This document shows positions 12,483 through 26,021 of a DNA stretch of 64,000 nt, piece by piece. The notes under the pieces were generated by a model. That model was not told the DNA's origin, made no database searches, and was given only the letters and a program-made list of their open reading frames with translations. Origin of the DNA: Octopus vulgaris. Taxonomy: Eukaryota. Location of the stretch: assembly GCA_951406725.2 (NCBI GenBank), contig OX597816.1:1426001-1490000 (forward strand), given 5' to 3'. The position numbers and the translations under genes were made by a program. The first letter of the stretch is position 1; each line of letters begins with the position of its first letter.

Positions 12483-12861
12483 TATATATGTATATATATA
12501 TACATACACACACACATATATATATATACATACACACACACATATATATATATATATACACACACACATATATATATATATACATACACACACACACATA
12601 TATATATATATACATACATACACACACATATATATATATACATACATACACACACATATATATATATACATACATACACACACACACATATATATATATA
12701 CATACACACACACACACATATATATATATATACATACACACACACACATATATATATACATACACACACACATATATATATATACATACACACATATATA
12801 TATACATACACATATATATATATATACATACACACATATATATATATATACATACACACAC

Positions 12862-12942
<81 letters not shown>

Positions 12943-12945
12943 TAT
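12453..12945. repeat. Compound (TA)n(CA)n microsatellite
   Basis: Direct reading. Confidence 0.97.
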
Positions 12946-13169
12946 ATAATAAACTTATGTAAAACATATAAGCAACACAAATACTTTCATAGGAACTATT
13001 ATTTTCTTACATTACTTACAAGAAAATCGAATCAACTTAATTGATGTATATTGATTGATGAAGCCCCTAGACGAAATTTAAAATACAGAAACTATATGCA
13101 TATAATATAAAGATCACCTTTATTGGATATTATCCATAGAAATGTATATAACACCAGACATCGGGTATA

Positions 13170-14150
13170 GGACGTAGATAGCGTGATATATCACCTACAG
13201 GACACAGATTGTATGAGAAAACAGCCATAGGAGATTTATTGGGTTTTAGGAAAGATTGCATGATGGATCAGCTAATAAGAAACAGACTTTGTGTGATTAT
13301 AGCGACAGGAAATAAGGCTAACTGTGTTAACAGGTGTAAGAAAGGGAACAGTGTGATATAAGTTATAGGAAAGAGTGTGTGATATATTGACTGGAAGAAA
13401 AATTGCGTGTGAAGCTGTAAGGAACATATTAAATGAGATATAGGTTATAGGTGAGAATGATCGATATCTATAGGCTATGGACACAGATGACGAGTGATAA
13501 TAACTATAGGATTGGGATTACGTGCGATAGCAGGTATAGGAAATGTATTGCGTGTGATATGTTATCGGAAAGACTATCAGCTATAAGAATGAAATTATGT
13601 TATAAAAGCGTTAGGAAAGAGACTGCGTGTGATAACAGCTATAGGAAATATACTATATATATGATCAGAATAGTAGGAAAGAGATTATGTGAGATATATG
13701 TTAGAGATAAGCGCGTGTGATATCGGTTATGGGAAATAGATTACGTCTGATAACAACTATAAAAATAGATTGCGTGTGATAACAATCAGTGGAAATATAT
13801 TAGGCGTGATAAAAGACCACGATTGATAACCATGGGAAATGAATTACGCGATATATTAGCTATAGGAAAGAAATACGTGTGATAACAACCATAGGAAATA
13901 GAGGATGTGAGATAGATAAGTTTATAGGTAAGTACGAATAGAGGAAACAGACTGCGTGTGATAAAGGCGATAGGAAATGGATTGCGTGATACCAGGTCTG
14001 GGTTAGGAGTTACGTGATTTTGACCAAAGAAAAAAATAAAGCGGATTACGTGTGATATCAACAATAGGAAATAAATTGCGTATGATAACAGCTGTGGAAA
14101 ATAAGAGGATATAAACATTAGGGAAAGAAGAAATGATATGATATAAACTA
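13170..14150. repeat. Degenerate ~30-bp minisatellite array
   Basis: Recurring unit close to GATAACAGCTATAGGAAATAGATTGCGTGT, roughly 30 diverged copies. Confidence 0.85.
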
Positions 14151-14763
14151 CGGAAGAAACCTCAATATTTGAATAAAAAACAAAACATTAATATTATTGT
14201 GTAGGTATAGGGAAACATTGTATAACAAATAAATACTATCTTTCTCACTATACACACATACTCATTCACGTACATACACAGATAACGTGAGAGAGGAAAC
14301 AAGATTGAATGTAATAACTAGAAAAGATATAAACATTAAGTAAATAAAATATTTAAAAAATATTAAACTATATAAATTATAGAAAAAAAAAGAAAAAAGT
14401 GCTCCAGAAACAATCAACTTTGCGAAATATTTACCAGGGAAAAATATAAATTATTAATTATACATTTAGGGTATAGAAAACATTACATAATTCTTGAGGT
14501 GCTATATATATACACGCAAATGTATATATTACATACATACACACACACACACATATATGATATCACTGAAATTCATTATAAAACCATAAAATAAGAAATT
14601 AAAATAATTAACAATAATAAATCAGGCACACACACATATATATACACATACATATATACATACATACACACATACATATACACACACATATACACATACA
14701 TATATACATACACATATACACATATACATATATACATACACACACATATATACATACATAGAT

Positions 14764-14800
<37 letters not shown>

Positions 14801-16855
14801 ATATATTATATATATTATATATGTATATATATATATAATTGCTATGTTGTTATCGTGAAAGACCGATTAATTGACGTTAAAATATAAAAGTAAAAAATAA
14901 ATAAAACTAAAAACAAATAAAAAAAAAAACAACAACAGTAAACAAACAAATAATGAAGCGAAACAAACTATTAAATATTAAAGCATTTTACCAAATTCCA
15001 TAATCGTTGCTGCAGGGCCAGCAACTCGCTTTGTAAGAGTTGCTTAGGAATTTCCGCCACTATTTCATATTATTATTATACCAAATGGATTATTATTACA
15101 ATTGACATATTAATTACCATAAATTAACCACATGGAGTAAAAGAAAGAAGAAAAGGAAAAAGGAAAGTACATTGCTCGTTGATAGTAATAATAATAATAA
15201 TATTAATAAGGAGTAATTACGGTAATTAAGTGATCGCTGCTAACTGTGGAGTTTACAAAGTTTATAACCGAAAATATTTCAAGTGGAAGCAGAGAGGAGG
15301 AAAGAGAAGGAGAGAGGGAGAGAGAAACTATTTACTAATTCCAATATGAACATTGTAAGTTTACCGATAACTACGCCAGAGATTTACAGCTGGCAGCAGG
15401 TATGTATGTTGTTAATTAATCTATTTATTGTACGAGACATAACTTTTGCCATTGATTTAGGGGAGGGACTGGGCTGTGTGAGATTTTAGCGGGTTTAATT
15501 TGTTTGTGCTAAACTAGGAACTGAAACCGTTGCTAAAAAGTATTCCAAACTTTGAGAACATCGCAGGAATATAAAAGTTTCGCATTCCAGAGATGTTTGT
15601 TTGTTTTTTTTTAAATATACAAGTGGAATTAGAATCCTGCAATGAAGTTATAATTTAGCTTTCCCTCCTCGGACAGGACCCGATACAGCAAGCAGACATA
15701 CAATCAAAACTATTTCAGCCGTTCCTATCCAGTTTGTTTTTAGATCGAGAGTTAAATTGTTGAAATGTATTGTTTATTTAAGACGGTGTAAAGTTTAATT
15801 TTGAGGAAGATTTGGCTGCCATATCTAAGAGAGAGAGAGAGAAAGAGTAAAAGCTACTTCAGTCGTCATTAGAGTCAAGTTAATGCTGAGGTTAGGAATT
15901 TTGTTTAAAAACTTTAAAAACAACCAAAATATTACATAAGAAAAAAAAAAAACAACAAACAATTTGATAACAACCAGTAAAGTTATTTAAAAAATCAAAC
16001 TTTCAATCAATAAATATTCTGATATTTGTGAATAGTTTAAAGTAGCAAAAGCGAGGCGGGGGGAGATTCATAGCAATCCAGACATTTTTCACGTGTTCAA
16101 AATGTCGCTGTTTAAAAAGCCTACATTCACTTAGAGACGAGCATAATTTCTGTCGGCTCCCAGGCGTTGACAACCAACCGACAATACTGACACATCGAGA
16201 TAAATCAGAATATTATCTATGTTATATAAATTAATATTGATTATGTAATCAATCATTTGATTGCCTTACAAAACGATCGCATATTTTATTGTGCAGTGCT
16301 TGAATACTTGGAATAGTTCGAGAGAATCACATACTTTTCTGTTACTTCTGCTGATCAAAGATAAACGAAAATGTACGTTTGCGCGCATATAGACACATAC
16401 AAATATTAAGAAAGCCTTTTACACATAAATACATATTTATATTTTTTCCTTGCACACAATGTTATGGAATTGATAATAAATATAACAAACATACATACAC
16501 ACACACACACACACACGAAAACAAAGCTCGTGTTTTTACCCCAAGAGGCCTAAGTGCAATTAAAGGAATCTCTGAAAGTCTGGATGGATGGAATGAATAA
16601 CAGACGTGACTGTCAGAGAATGAGGCAGTAGGCGAATCCAAAGACTCGGTCTTCGGTGACGCGACACTTGTAATAGTTACAATTATTACACACGAAACTA
16701 AGTTTTTGACGCAACATTTTTTCGAAATCTACACAAATGTTACAGCAGCCTTCCCCCCCACATCCACGGGCCATTATGGTGTTTCGTTTGTAAGCAACGA
16801 GGTATATACAAGTGTGTGTTATTATTATTATTATGTGTGATGTGCGAGTGATGAA

Positions 16856-17000
16856 TTGGCAAGCCACCCCGGGTGCCCGAGCAAGCACCACCATCAGATC
16901 AGCTGCTGGCTTCTCCCTACGTGTCGGTCGTCGGTCGGCCCGCCCCTACGCCCCGGCACATGCGCACTGGCAGCCCGGCCGCCCGACGTAGTCCAGATTC
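16856..17000 (+). promoter_or_regulatory. CpG-rich Pol II promoter
   Basis: The most GC/CpG-rich unique stretch I see in the window. GC boxes CCCGCCCC (16939-16946) and ACGCCCC, an NRF1-like GCACATGCGCA (16956-16966), and a consensus splice donor downstream. Confidence 0.7.
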
Positions 17001-17124
17001 TTTGTGCCATTCCTCACATACCAGCGGCTGGCTTGCTTCTTCAAGCTTAAAAATTCTCATTTTTTTCCACAACAACTCCGTTACATTTTAGAAACAAGAG
17101 TACCGTTTCATCTCGGCCTTTCTG
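16995..17124 (+). other. Putative first (non-coding) exon of an unidentified gene; start approximate
   Basis: Follows the promoter and ends TCTG|GTGAGT (donor at 17125). The downstream sequence is pyrimidine-rich. Confidence 0.6.
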
Positions 17125-17409
17125 GTGAGTATTCATCAAAAAAGAAAAAAAAATTATACGTAATTTTTTCGATTCTTCTTTCTGTACATTTTTCTCTCAA
17201 TCTTTCTCCCCCTCTCTCTGTATTCATGTAACTCCCTCTCTCTGCATAGACATGTAACTCTCCCGCTCACTCTCTTTGTATTTACATGTAACTCTCCCAC
17301 TCTCACTTTCCTTATCCATGGCTTTCTCTCTCTCTCTCTCTCTCTCTGTATTTATGTATCATTTTTTCTTCCGTCCATGTTGTTTGTTCCTTTGGAGATT
17401 TTCTTCTAG

Positions 17410-17522
17410 GACCGGATAATGTCTGAAAGTCAGCTCCAGGCAGAATTCACTCCCAAACAGTCGTTAGATGTAGAGAAAGAAGGGGGGGGGAAATACGATT
17501 GGCATTAAAAGAAAGCGTGTTG
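17410..17522 (+). other. Putative second exon containing a 29-codon ORF
   Basis: Acceptor TTTTCTTCTAG|G and donor TTG|GTGAGT at 17523. ATG 17419 to TAA 17508 encodes MSESQLQAEFTPKQSLDVEKEGGGKYDWH. Confidence 0.55.
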
Positions 17523-18747
17523 GTGAGTGTGAGTGATAGAATGAGTGAGCGCGGAAGGGAGAGGTGAGTGTGAGTGCGCATTTATTAACTTTTTCTTTTG
17601 TTTTTCTGATTTCGTCTTCCTCCTCCTCCTCCCACCACCATTTCACTCTGAGTAGAAAACTTTGTTCTTCACTGTTCCTACTCTTACTGTTACTCACACA
17701 TTGCTACCATTGCTCTGATTATTGCTGCTACCACTACCAATCTTCCTACTATTACTGCTACTCCTTACTAGCGATGGTAGTGGTGGTGGTTGAACATCTG
17801 CTGTTATTCAAAGCTTACCGCCGCCGCCGCCTCCTCCTTCATTGCAACGCCTCGTGTTTTCTTGTTTGGTAGCAACACAAGAGGAGTAGTAAGAGTAGTC
17901 GTATGTGAAGAAGTCGCAGAGGAAGCACTTTGTTGTTTCTCGCTGATAGTTCTATGCTGCTTCCTCCCTCGGCCTTTTTAACAACTCTAGCAGTTTTTTT
18001 CTTTTTCCAAATCATTGTTATTTATTTATAACGAAGCAGTTTTTACCCACGTTTTTTTTTAATAAAATAATTGTCGAATTGTTATGGTAGAAAGGGGAAT
18101 ATAAATTTAAAAGTAATCACAAAGATAAACGAAGTGATGATGAAGATGATGATGATGATGGGGGGGGACAATTGTTGGGAAAAGTACTTAGTTCGGCCAG
18201 TCGTAGTGGTAGTGATGATGGTGATGGTAAGAGTAGAGAGAAGTAATGGTGGTTGTATAGCAGTGAGAGTAAAGTAAGAGTGGTGGTGAGAGTAGAGAGC
18301 AGTGAGTAAAAACTTTGAAGGCGGCAAGGAAAGTTACAAGATGGTGGCGATGGCGGGGAATTGTTAGGATGAGAGAGCGGGAAGGGTGGATGATGGAGAC
18401 GGGAGAGAGAGAGAGAGGGAAGGGTGGATGATGGAGAGAGAGAGAGAGAGAGCGGGAAGGGTGGACGATGGAGACGGGAGAGAGAGAGGATTTATTGGGT
18501 TTTTTTTTTGTTGTTTTCTTTCGAGTTTCGTCACTTGTGTTTCTCGAGTTCCTTCAGTTGTTGAGGAAATTGGGGAAGAGGAGTGTTTTCGGTGGGAGGG
18601 AGACGAAGCAGTAGCCACAATGACATGATCAGCTTTTGATAGTAGCAATGGAAGAAAGAGGAATGTTAGTGTCAAATAAGAGAGAGAGAGAGAGCTAGAA
18701 CAATGAAGTGTGCTGCAGTGCGGTCTGCAGAAGAAAGAGTGACGGAG

Positions 18748-19275
18748 ATATTTTATTAAAAGTTCTGTAAATGGGTAAAAGATTGAGGTGGTTGTGGAAT
18801 ATACGGGTGGTTTGGTGATTGGGGTACACTGCAGGAAAGGAAGCAACACTGGAGGAGATAATGGACATTGTTTACTAACAATTTATAAGAAGGAAAATTT
18901 ACGAGTGAGATTTTTATTAAAAGTTCTGTAAATGGGTGAGGTTGTGGTGGAATATACGGGTAGTTTGATGGTGGCTGGGTATATAAGAGGAAAAAAGCGA
19001 CATTACGATATATATATATAGAGAGAGAGAGAGACATTATTTACTAACAGTTTTTAAGGAAGAGGTCTGATGTGTTGGTGGAATATACGGGTAGATTGCT
19101 GAGGTAGCTGGGTATACAGGAGGAAGGAAGCGACACGAGGATATAGTCATGGCTTGCTTACAATTTCCCGAGAGAGAAACCGATATTTTAATAAAAGTTC
19201 TTCTAAACGGGTAGCTTTGATGGTTGCTGGGTATTGAAGAGGAAAAGAAACATTAGAAATGATTGTCATTGTTTA
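18748..19275. repeat. Diverged local tandem repeat, ~3-4 units of ~120-160 bp
   Basis: TTTTATTAAAAGTTCT.TAAA.GGGT and GTGGAATATACGGGT.G recur at ~18750, ~18912, ~19078 and ~19185. Confidence 0.75.
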
Positions 19276-20794
19276 GAGTTTTTAGAAATAATGTAAATTT
19301 AACAGTTTATTTGTAAACAACACAACTCACGGATTGTTTGTCTCTTAAACGTTTCCATGTTTTACATTCAATTTACAGTTTATATTATTGTAAATATGGG
19401 TTGTATGTAATCGGAGACATAATAGGAGAGAGCATTTAATTAATCATTCGCTTAAAAGTTTCGATCGTGTGAAAATAAAATCACTGAGACATATTTATAT
19501 ATAGTATGAGTGAGTGTATATAGAGAGAGAAGCATGCATTATGTCTTGCTATTGTGGCGGGTAACACCGTCCTCTCTTATAAATACAATTTCTATTTACA
19601 TTAATTAATATATTTTTTTTTAATATTTTAAGATAATATGGTTTGTGTATTGTTACGTGAACACATTTTTATTCTTATATATATACACACATATATATAC
19701 ATAAGTGTGTGTTCTCTCAGAATAGAGTTGCAAATTATTTCTTGTGCGCCAAAACTGGCAAATTTCTGCAGATTTAAATGTTTTGTCGCAGATTAATTGT
19801 TTGGCGGAGAATTTTTGCCCCGTTTTTCTGGAATTCTTCAGGTTTTGACTTTGTTGTGAACATAATGTCAGATTATGTATTTTCTTCAAAAACTGAAAAT
19901 TATGAGTCTTCCTTCCTTAATTCTTGTCTTTGCTTTCGTTTTGTTTCGAGGGAAACAAAATTGTAATTCACGAAGCTTTAAAGTATTCAACATTCAAAGA
20001 AATTGCAGATTTTTGGCGCAACTTGTACAAAAACGTTCTATATATATATATGTGTATAATATATATAATACATACGCGCACATTCACTTATATTAATAAT
20101 AATAATAATGGCAAGAAGTTGAATTGTAATTAAGTGTTGTAATCGGATCGACTAAGTATGGAAAGTAAAAACAGTTGGATGTTTTATTTCCTAAGCGAAA
20201 TAGGGAGAGAGAGAGGAAGGCGGCATGCTGGCTTTTCTGTCTCTCTCTCTCCTTCTTGTATAAAGCTGGCATGGCAGCAATGTTTTGTGGCTGATTGTTT
20301 GACGGGATTTGAATGTCTGAAATATTTGACATACTTCTGCCCAGCCGCCCTTCTCTAACTTCCCGACATTTCAACCAACTTCCAACTTTTCTCTTTTTCC
20401 CCCCCACTTTACTAAACTATTTCAAATGTTTACTTTAACCCACTGACAAGCTTTTGGAGGACCGTTTCCCCCCTGAAAAGCTGCTTTTGTTTCAAGAAAT
20501 ATCTCGAAACGCAAGTAAACATGGAGCGAAATATTTGCGAGTGAAACAAGCTTGGAATTTCACTCGGTCGACATTGTTGTCATTAATAACGTTCTTCTAC
20601 TTCAACAAACAATTTCCCCAAATTCCTCCCCCAAACTTGTTCATTATGTTCGGTTCTCCTCTATATTTATATTTATTATTTCCCACTTCATGTTGTTTTT
20701 CATATTTTAAAATTTCTATTATTTTTTACGGTTTTAAAATAAGGTTTTATAATATTTCTCTCTCTGTGTTTGTTTCTGTTTTGCTGTTAGTGAA

Positions 20795-21305
20795 AGTCTG
20801 AAACTGCTAAAAGTTAGCCCCAACCTAATTAAACCGTGGTCGCTCGTTTGCCTTAATAAATTGGACTTAATTACTTAGAATGGTAAAGCCTTGTGGTGTT
20901 AATTAGTCTCTAACTGCTAAAAGTTTGTCCCAGCCCAATTAAACTATGGATCACTGGTTTGCCTTAATTAATCGGAGTTAATTACTAGAATGGTATGGTT
21001 TTATGGTGTTTTCAGCCTCTGAAAGTTACCCCAACCTAATTAAATCGTGGATCGTTCGTTTACTTTAATAATTCCAACTGTTAATTAGTAGAATGGTGAG
21101 GTTTTGTGGTGCTGTTAATAAGTCTGCAACTGCCAAAAGTTCAATCCAACCTAATTAAACCATGGATCGTTGGTTTGTCTTAGTAACGGACTGTTAATTA
21201 CTAGAATGGTAAAGGTTATGTGGTTCTGTAACTGCCACAAGTTAACCAAACCGTGGGTCGTTCGTTGACTCGTAATTATTATTATAGAATAATAAAGGTT
21301 TTGCT
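20795..21305. repeat. Tandem array, ~5 units of ~105-110 bp
   Basis: The unit AACTGCTAAAAGTT...CAACCTAATTAAACCGTGG.TCG.T.GTTTGCCTTAATAA...TTAATTACTAGAATGGT...TTGTGGTG repeats from ~20795, 20906, 21015, 21121 and 21226. Confidence 0.9.
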
Positions 21306-22519
21306 CTTTCTTCTGTCCTAACTGTTCATTCATTTGTAACCCCTAAAACAACATTTCTGCCCTTTCAAACAGATTTGCCTTTTTAAATACTCCGTTTACA
21401 GAGAGATCTCGAGTTCAAATGGTGCTGTCATGGAATAATAACAATAATTATAAATATACTGCATCGAATTAATGAACTTTGTTAATCTTCTCTCATAATT
21501 TGCTTTGTCTCTTGTTACAGAGGTAAACACTTGATTAATCAAATTTCTGATCCGGTTTCAATCTTCCCTGTGGTCGCTAAATTTTCCCCAGTAGGGAAAT
21601 ACTAAGGCATGAATGTCACATATTCCTCTACCTGACATTCTCTCACAAAATCTCTCAGCTTCCAGTTGTCTTCAAAACAAATGGTTGGAGCCACATTGCT
21701 GATTGTCATCGGGAAATAAACACCAACACATCTTTATTCTCTTGAAATTCTGATACTCCATTCCCGTTTCTTTAGAAAGACATTCTCCACTTATAAACGA
21801 CTTTAAAATTAATTACACAATTGTTTATTTTTGCTTCGGTTCTTATTTCGAAATTCTTCCGGGGACAACTTCCCTATTGTTCCTTCAACCAACATAAAAT
21901 AGTTTCCAATTCCTTTTACCATAATGTTACACATTATTGTTATTGCTGTTGTTGTTTCCGACGGGTTCAATTCCTGCTGGAGCCTACGATGCCTTTCATC
22001 TCTCCTCGGGTCCGTCTCCCATCACAATTGCTGTCTTCGTGTCAGAAAACAATTATTATTATTATTATTGGTCAAGTGGTGACTGGCTTTGTTTATTTTT
22101 ATATTCTCTTACCTAATTTAAACATCATCTTCAAACGACTTCAAGTATGTGTGTGTGTATATATATGTATGTATATATGGTACATACTTCATATGTATTC
22201 ATGTATGTGTGCGCGCACTTGAATATACATGTTCGATTTAGTACTAATGTCTGCTACTTGAAAGACAGTAACACTTGAAAGCAAGTTGATGACACTCTTA
22301 GACCAACTTCACTGCCTCTCCTCCACCTCTGCTCCGATTCCAACACTAAACCTGCCATGCTGCTGCTATTCTGGCCTTTTAATTCATTTCTCTTACACTA
22401 CAAAAAGCACTCATCACCTACGCAGCACATGCAGGCTTATTTATATTACATCAACAGACAATTACTAAAGAGGATTCTCTATAACCACCACACGCAAACC
22501 CAGATATATACCTATGTAT

Positions 22520-22563
<44 letters not shown>

Positions 22564-23887
22564 CATACATACATATATCCAGTACAGATGTGTGTATATA
22601 TATATAATATATACACGTGTCTTGTATACATACACAATGTTAATATAAGCACGTGTATTTGTGTGTATACACACACACGTTTATGCACTCTTGTATATGT
22701 TTGCCAGTGTTTATAATTTTGTTGGTTTGGTCGACCAAATCCTCGAAATGTAACTTTTTTCTCATACAAAGTTTTGCTTTATTTGCAAAAGAGGGAGCAA
22801 AGCCCTTCCAATCCTCTCCCGTCTTCCCCTAATATGGCAGATGGAAGGTTTTGATTTACGAGGGAATTTAGGAAAAACATTTCTTCCAGGGGAAATGGTT
22901 TGGAAACCTCCATGGTAAATAAAGACTTGGATACTTTCCGGAATGAGTTTTAATGCGATTCCATTTGAGAAAAGGAAACGAGAAGAATCGTTTCTTTTGG
23001 CGATGTTTTAATAATTTTCTAAATTTGGTTATTAAACTAGTAAACGCGCGCGCAATGTATGTTTATGTATATACACACATGTATATATTTGTTTTGTGTA
23101 TAGGTATAGATATGTGTATGGATATTTATGTGTAAATATGCATATGTATGTTGATGATATCAATAAATATATCCGTGTATTCTTGTGGAAAGAGCCTAAA
23201 GGCAAAAGGTCAGGCTAACATTATTTCTTCTTTCTCTTTTTAAAACCAACAATTTATATAAATCCTTACAATTTATTTTCAACGCCATCCCCCCTCAATT
23301 AACAAACACACTTTAATTTCCTTCTTAAATGTAAAACTATTGAACGAAGTTGTAGTCTCGAGTCCCATTTTGCCAGTCAGGGGATCTTTCCCTTCCTCTC
23401 CCAAAACAAAGAGATGGAGGTTGATGTCAGCCAGTAATAAAGACATTTCTCTATTCTTCCCAGCAATTCCATTACTACTACTAGAATCTTTGGCTCCACC
23501 AGAACCTTGCCTTTTATTCTTTCTTCTCCTTTTTCTGTTGACTTTGGAAATTTCTGTGAGAGGCCAGTTCCATCGTCAACATCAGCTGGAAAGTTGCTAT
23601 TTTAGGTGACTATCGACTGTTTATGGAGGAGACACGACAAACACGTAACATAGAAATGTGGAATATAAAAAGTGTAGGGAACCGATGATGCGATGGAGGA
23701 GGAGGTGCGCGCCTCAACTTAACGCCTGGAGGTGGTGGACATGCTGACCTATATTTCGGAAAAGAAGAATTGTGAAAACACAAGGGCCGCCGCCGCCGCC
23801 AACACTTCTCTTCACTCCACCATACATACTTACACACACACACACACACACACGTGTGTGATATGTTTCTATGTATATAGGTGGGTG

Positions 23888-23923
<36 letters not shown>

Positions 23924-24580
23924 CTGATAATGTATGTGTGTATATACATGCTTATTCAAGCGTGTGTGCATATATATATATATATATGCACACACGCTTG
24001 AATATATATATATATATATATATTGAAAAGATCCTATATACATATATATAGTTAAGCCAAACATAAGAAGTGTGTATCTATTTATATTAACATAATATAC
24101 AATAGTCTATGTCTAAATTATGGTACACTATAACGTATGTTTTGTGTATATAAAATACACACACATACAAACGAACACAGGTACAATTAAACATACATTT
24201 TCCTATTTAATTGTTATTTCTCAACCCCCCACCCCCTCACCACTCAAACTTTTTAATTAACCTTTTTTTCCGTTTTATGATCCTAGTTCCCTTGTCGACT
24301 CCTTGTTTTGTTATGGCCCATGGCCCTATTTTCATTCCCCAACATTCTCTTAAACCCTCCACCACATCACATCAAACCCATTTACTTTGTCTTCCTCTAT
24401 TAATGTCTCTCATCACTTATTCTGCAGTTTGTTACTTTTCATATTTATTTTCATTTGTTAATTATTAAATTAGCTACTTTTTTTTTTTATAAGGATTTTA
24501 ATTTCTTTTTGCTTCTGTCAATAATAGTTAATTTGGTTGAAACAGAACTGGCATTTATTCTATAAACAACCCAAACAATG

Positions 24581-24636
<56 letters not shown>

Positions 24637-24703
24637 CAAACATGTTTATATATATATATATAAACATGTTTGTATGTATATATATATATATATATAAACG
24701 TTT

Positions 24704-24745
<42 letters not shown>

Positions 24746-25327
24746 ATTTGTTTAATTATATATATATTTATATACATATAAACTTGTTTAATTATATATA
24801 CGCATGTATGTATGAATGTGTATGTGTATATGTGTACATATCTAGGTGGATAATATGTATGTGTGCGCGCGCGTGAATGCGTGTGTGTATATATATACAC
24901 ACAGACACCCATTACATACATACACATTTGGTAGTAGTCCTTTTTTTTCCCCTTATTCTTTTCGGTGAAGAAATGGTTTATCGATGTCAGTGTCTGAATC
25001 CCTTGCAAGGGGCTCTCCGTCTCTCTGCAAATCGTTGGGAGATGAAGGAACTTCAACTTTAATCTGTTGTGGCAGTTTATAATAAAACTGTTTGGGGGAA
25101 AGGAAAAAGAAACAGCCAAACTCCTGCCTGAAAGTGTTTCTCTATGCCCGTCTCTGCCTCGCCTACGTCGCCCTGCCTCTGCCTTCTCCGTTCCCCTATT
25201 GTTGTCTGGCTTTTTCTCCCCCTTTTTGTTCCATCGTCCAATGTCTTGCAGACACACATGAACACCTTCTGACCGACGATCAACTTGGCAAAACTGACTG
25301 AAGAAGTAAATAAAGAGATTTCAACCT

Positions 25328-25399
<72 letters not shown>

Positions 25400-25545
25400 A
25401 TATATATTTATGGTCGGTCAGAACGTGTTCATGTGTATCTACACACACACACACACATATATATATGTATGTATATATTTTTTATTTTATTTTATCTACT
25501 TTCAGCTCACGAGCGTGGCCATATATATGTCCATATTTATAAATA

Positions 25546-25602
<57 letters not shown>

Positions 25603-25863
25603 TAAAAATGTGTATATGTAGATATATATATATATATATATGTATGTGTGCGCGCGCACATACATATTATCCACATAGATATGTACACACATACATATAT
25701 ATGCACACATATATACACACACACATTCATACATAAATGTGTATATATAATTAAACAAGTTTATAAGTATGTGTACATATATATATATATATATGACTTT
25801 TTTGCGTAATGAGATAAAAAAAAAACCAAGACTGTATCGACATTAGAGCGTTTACAAATAGAA

Positions 25864-26021
25864 GGTCTTAACAGCTGTTTCTAGGATATTTATTCATTAT
25901 ATCCCTTTATCGTCGGAGACTGTGTGAGTCATAGTTAGTTTAGATGTGATACAAAATCCTCTCACACCGTCTCCGATGAAGGGATATAATGAATATATAT
26001 CCTAGAAACAGCTGTAAGACC
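25864..26021. mobile_element. Inverted-repeat element whose two arms each carry a hammerhead motif
   Basis: Arm 25864-25928 is the reverse complement of 25961-26021, and TA tracts lie on both sides. Confidence 0.8.
25969..26020 (+). ncRNA. Minimal type I hammerhead ribozyme (CCGAUGA core variant)
   Basis: GUCU-CCGAUGA-A-GGGAUAUA(loop)UAUAUCCU-A-GAAA-CAGCUG-UA-AGAC: stem I GUCU/AGAC, 8-bp stem II, palindromic CAGCUG helix III, GUA triplet. Confidence 0.7.

Noticed and set aside
13050-13090. TTGATGA...CGAAA hammerhead-like motif
   Set aside because: The core is mutated and there are no convincing stems.
13170-14150. CRISPR-like periodic array
   Set aside because: The units are contiguous and degenerate with no unique spacers, there are no cas genes, and the context is eukaryotic.
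23340-23700. Possible coding exon(s)
   Set aside because: No recognisable protein similarity and weak splice signals.
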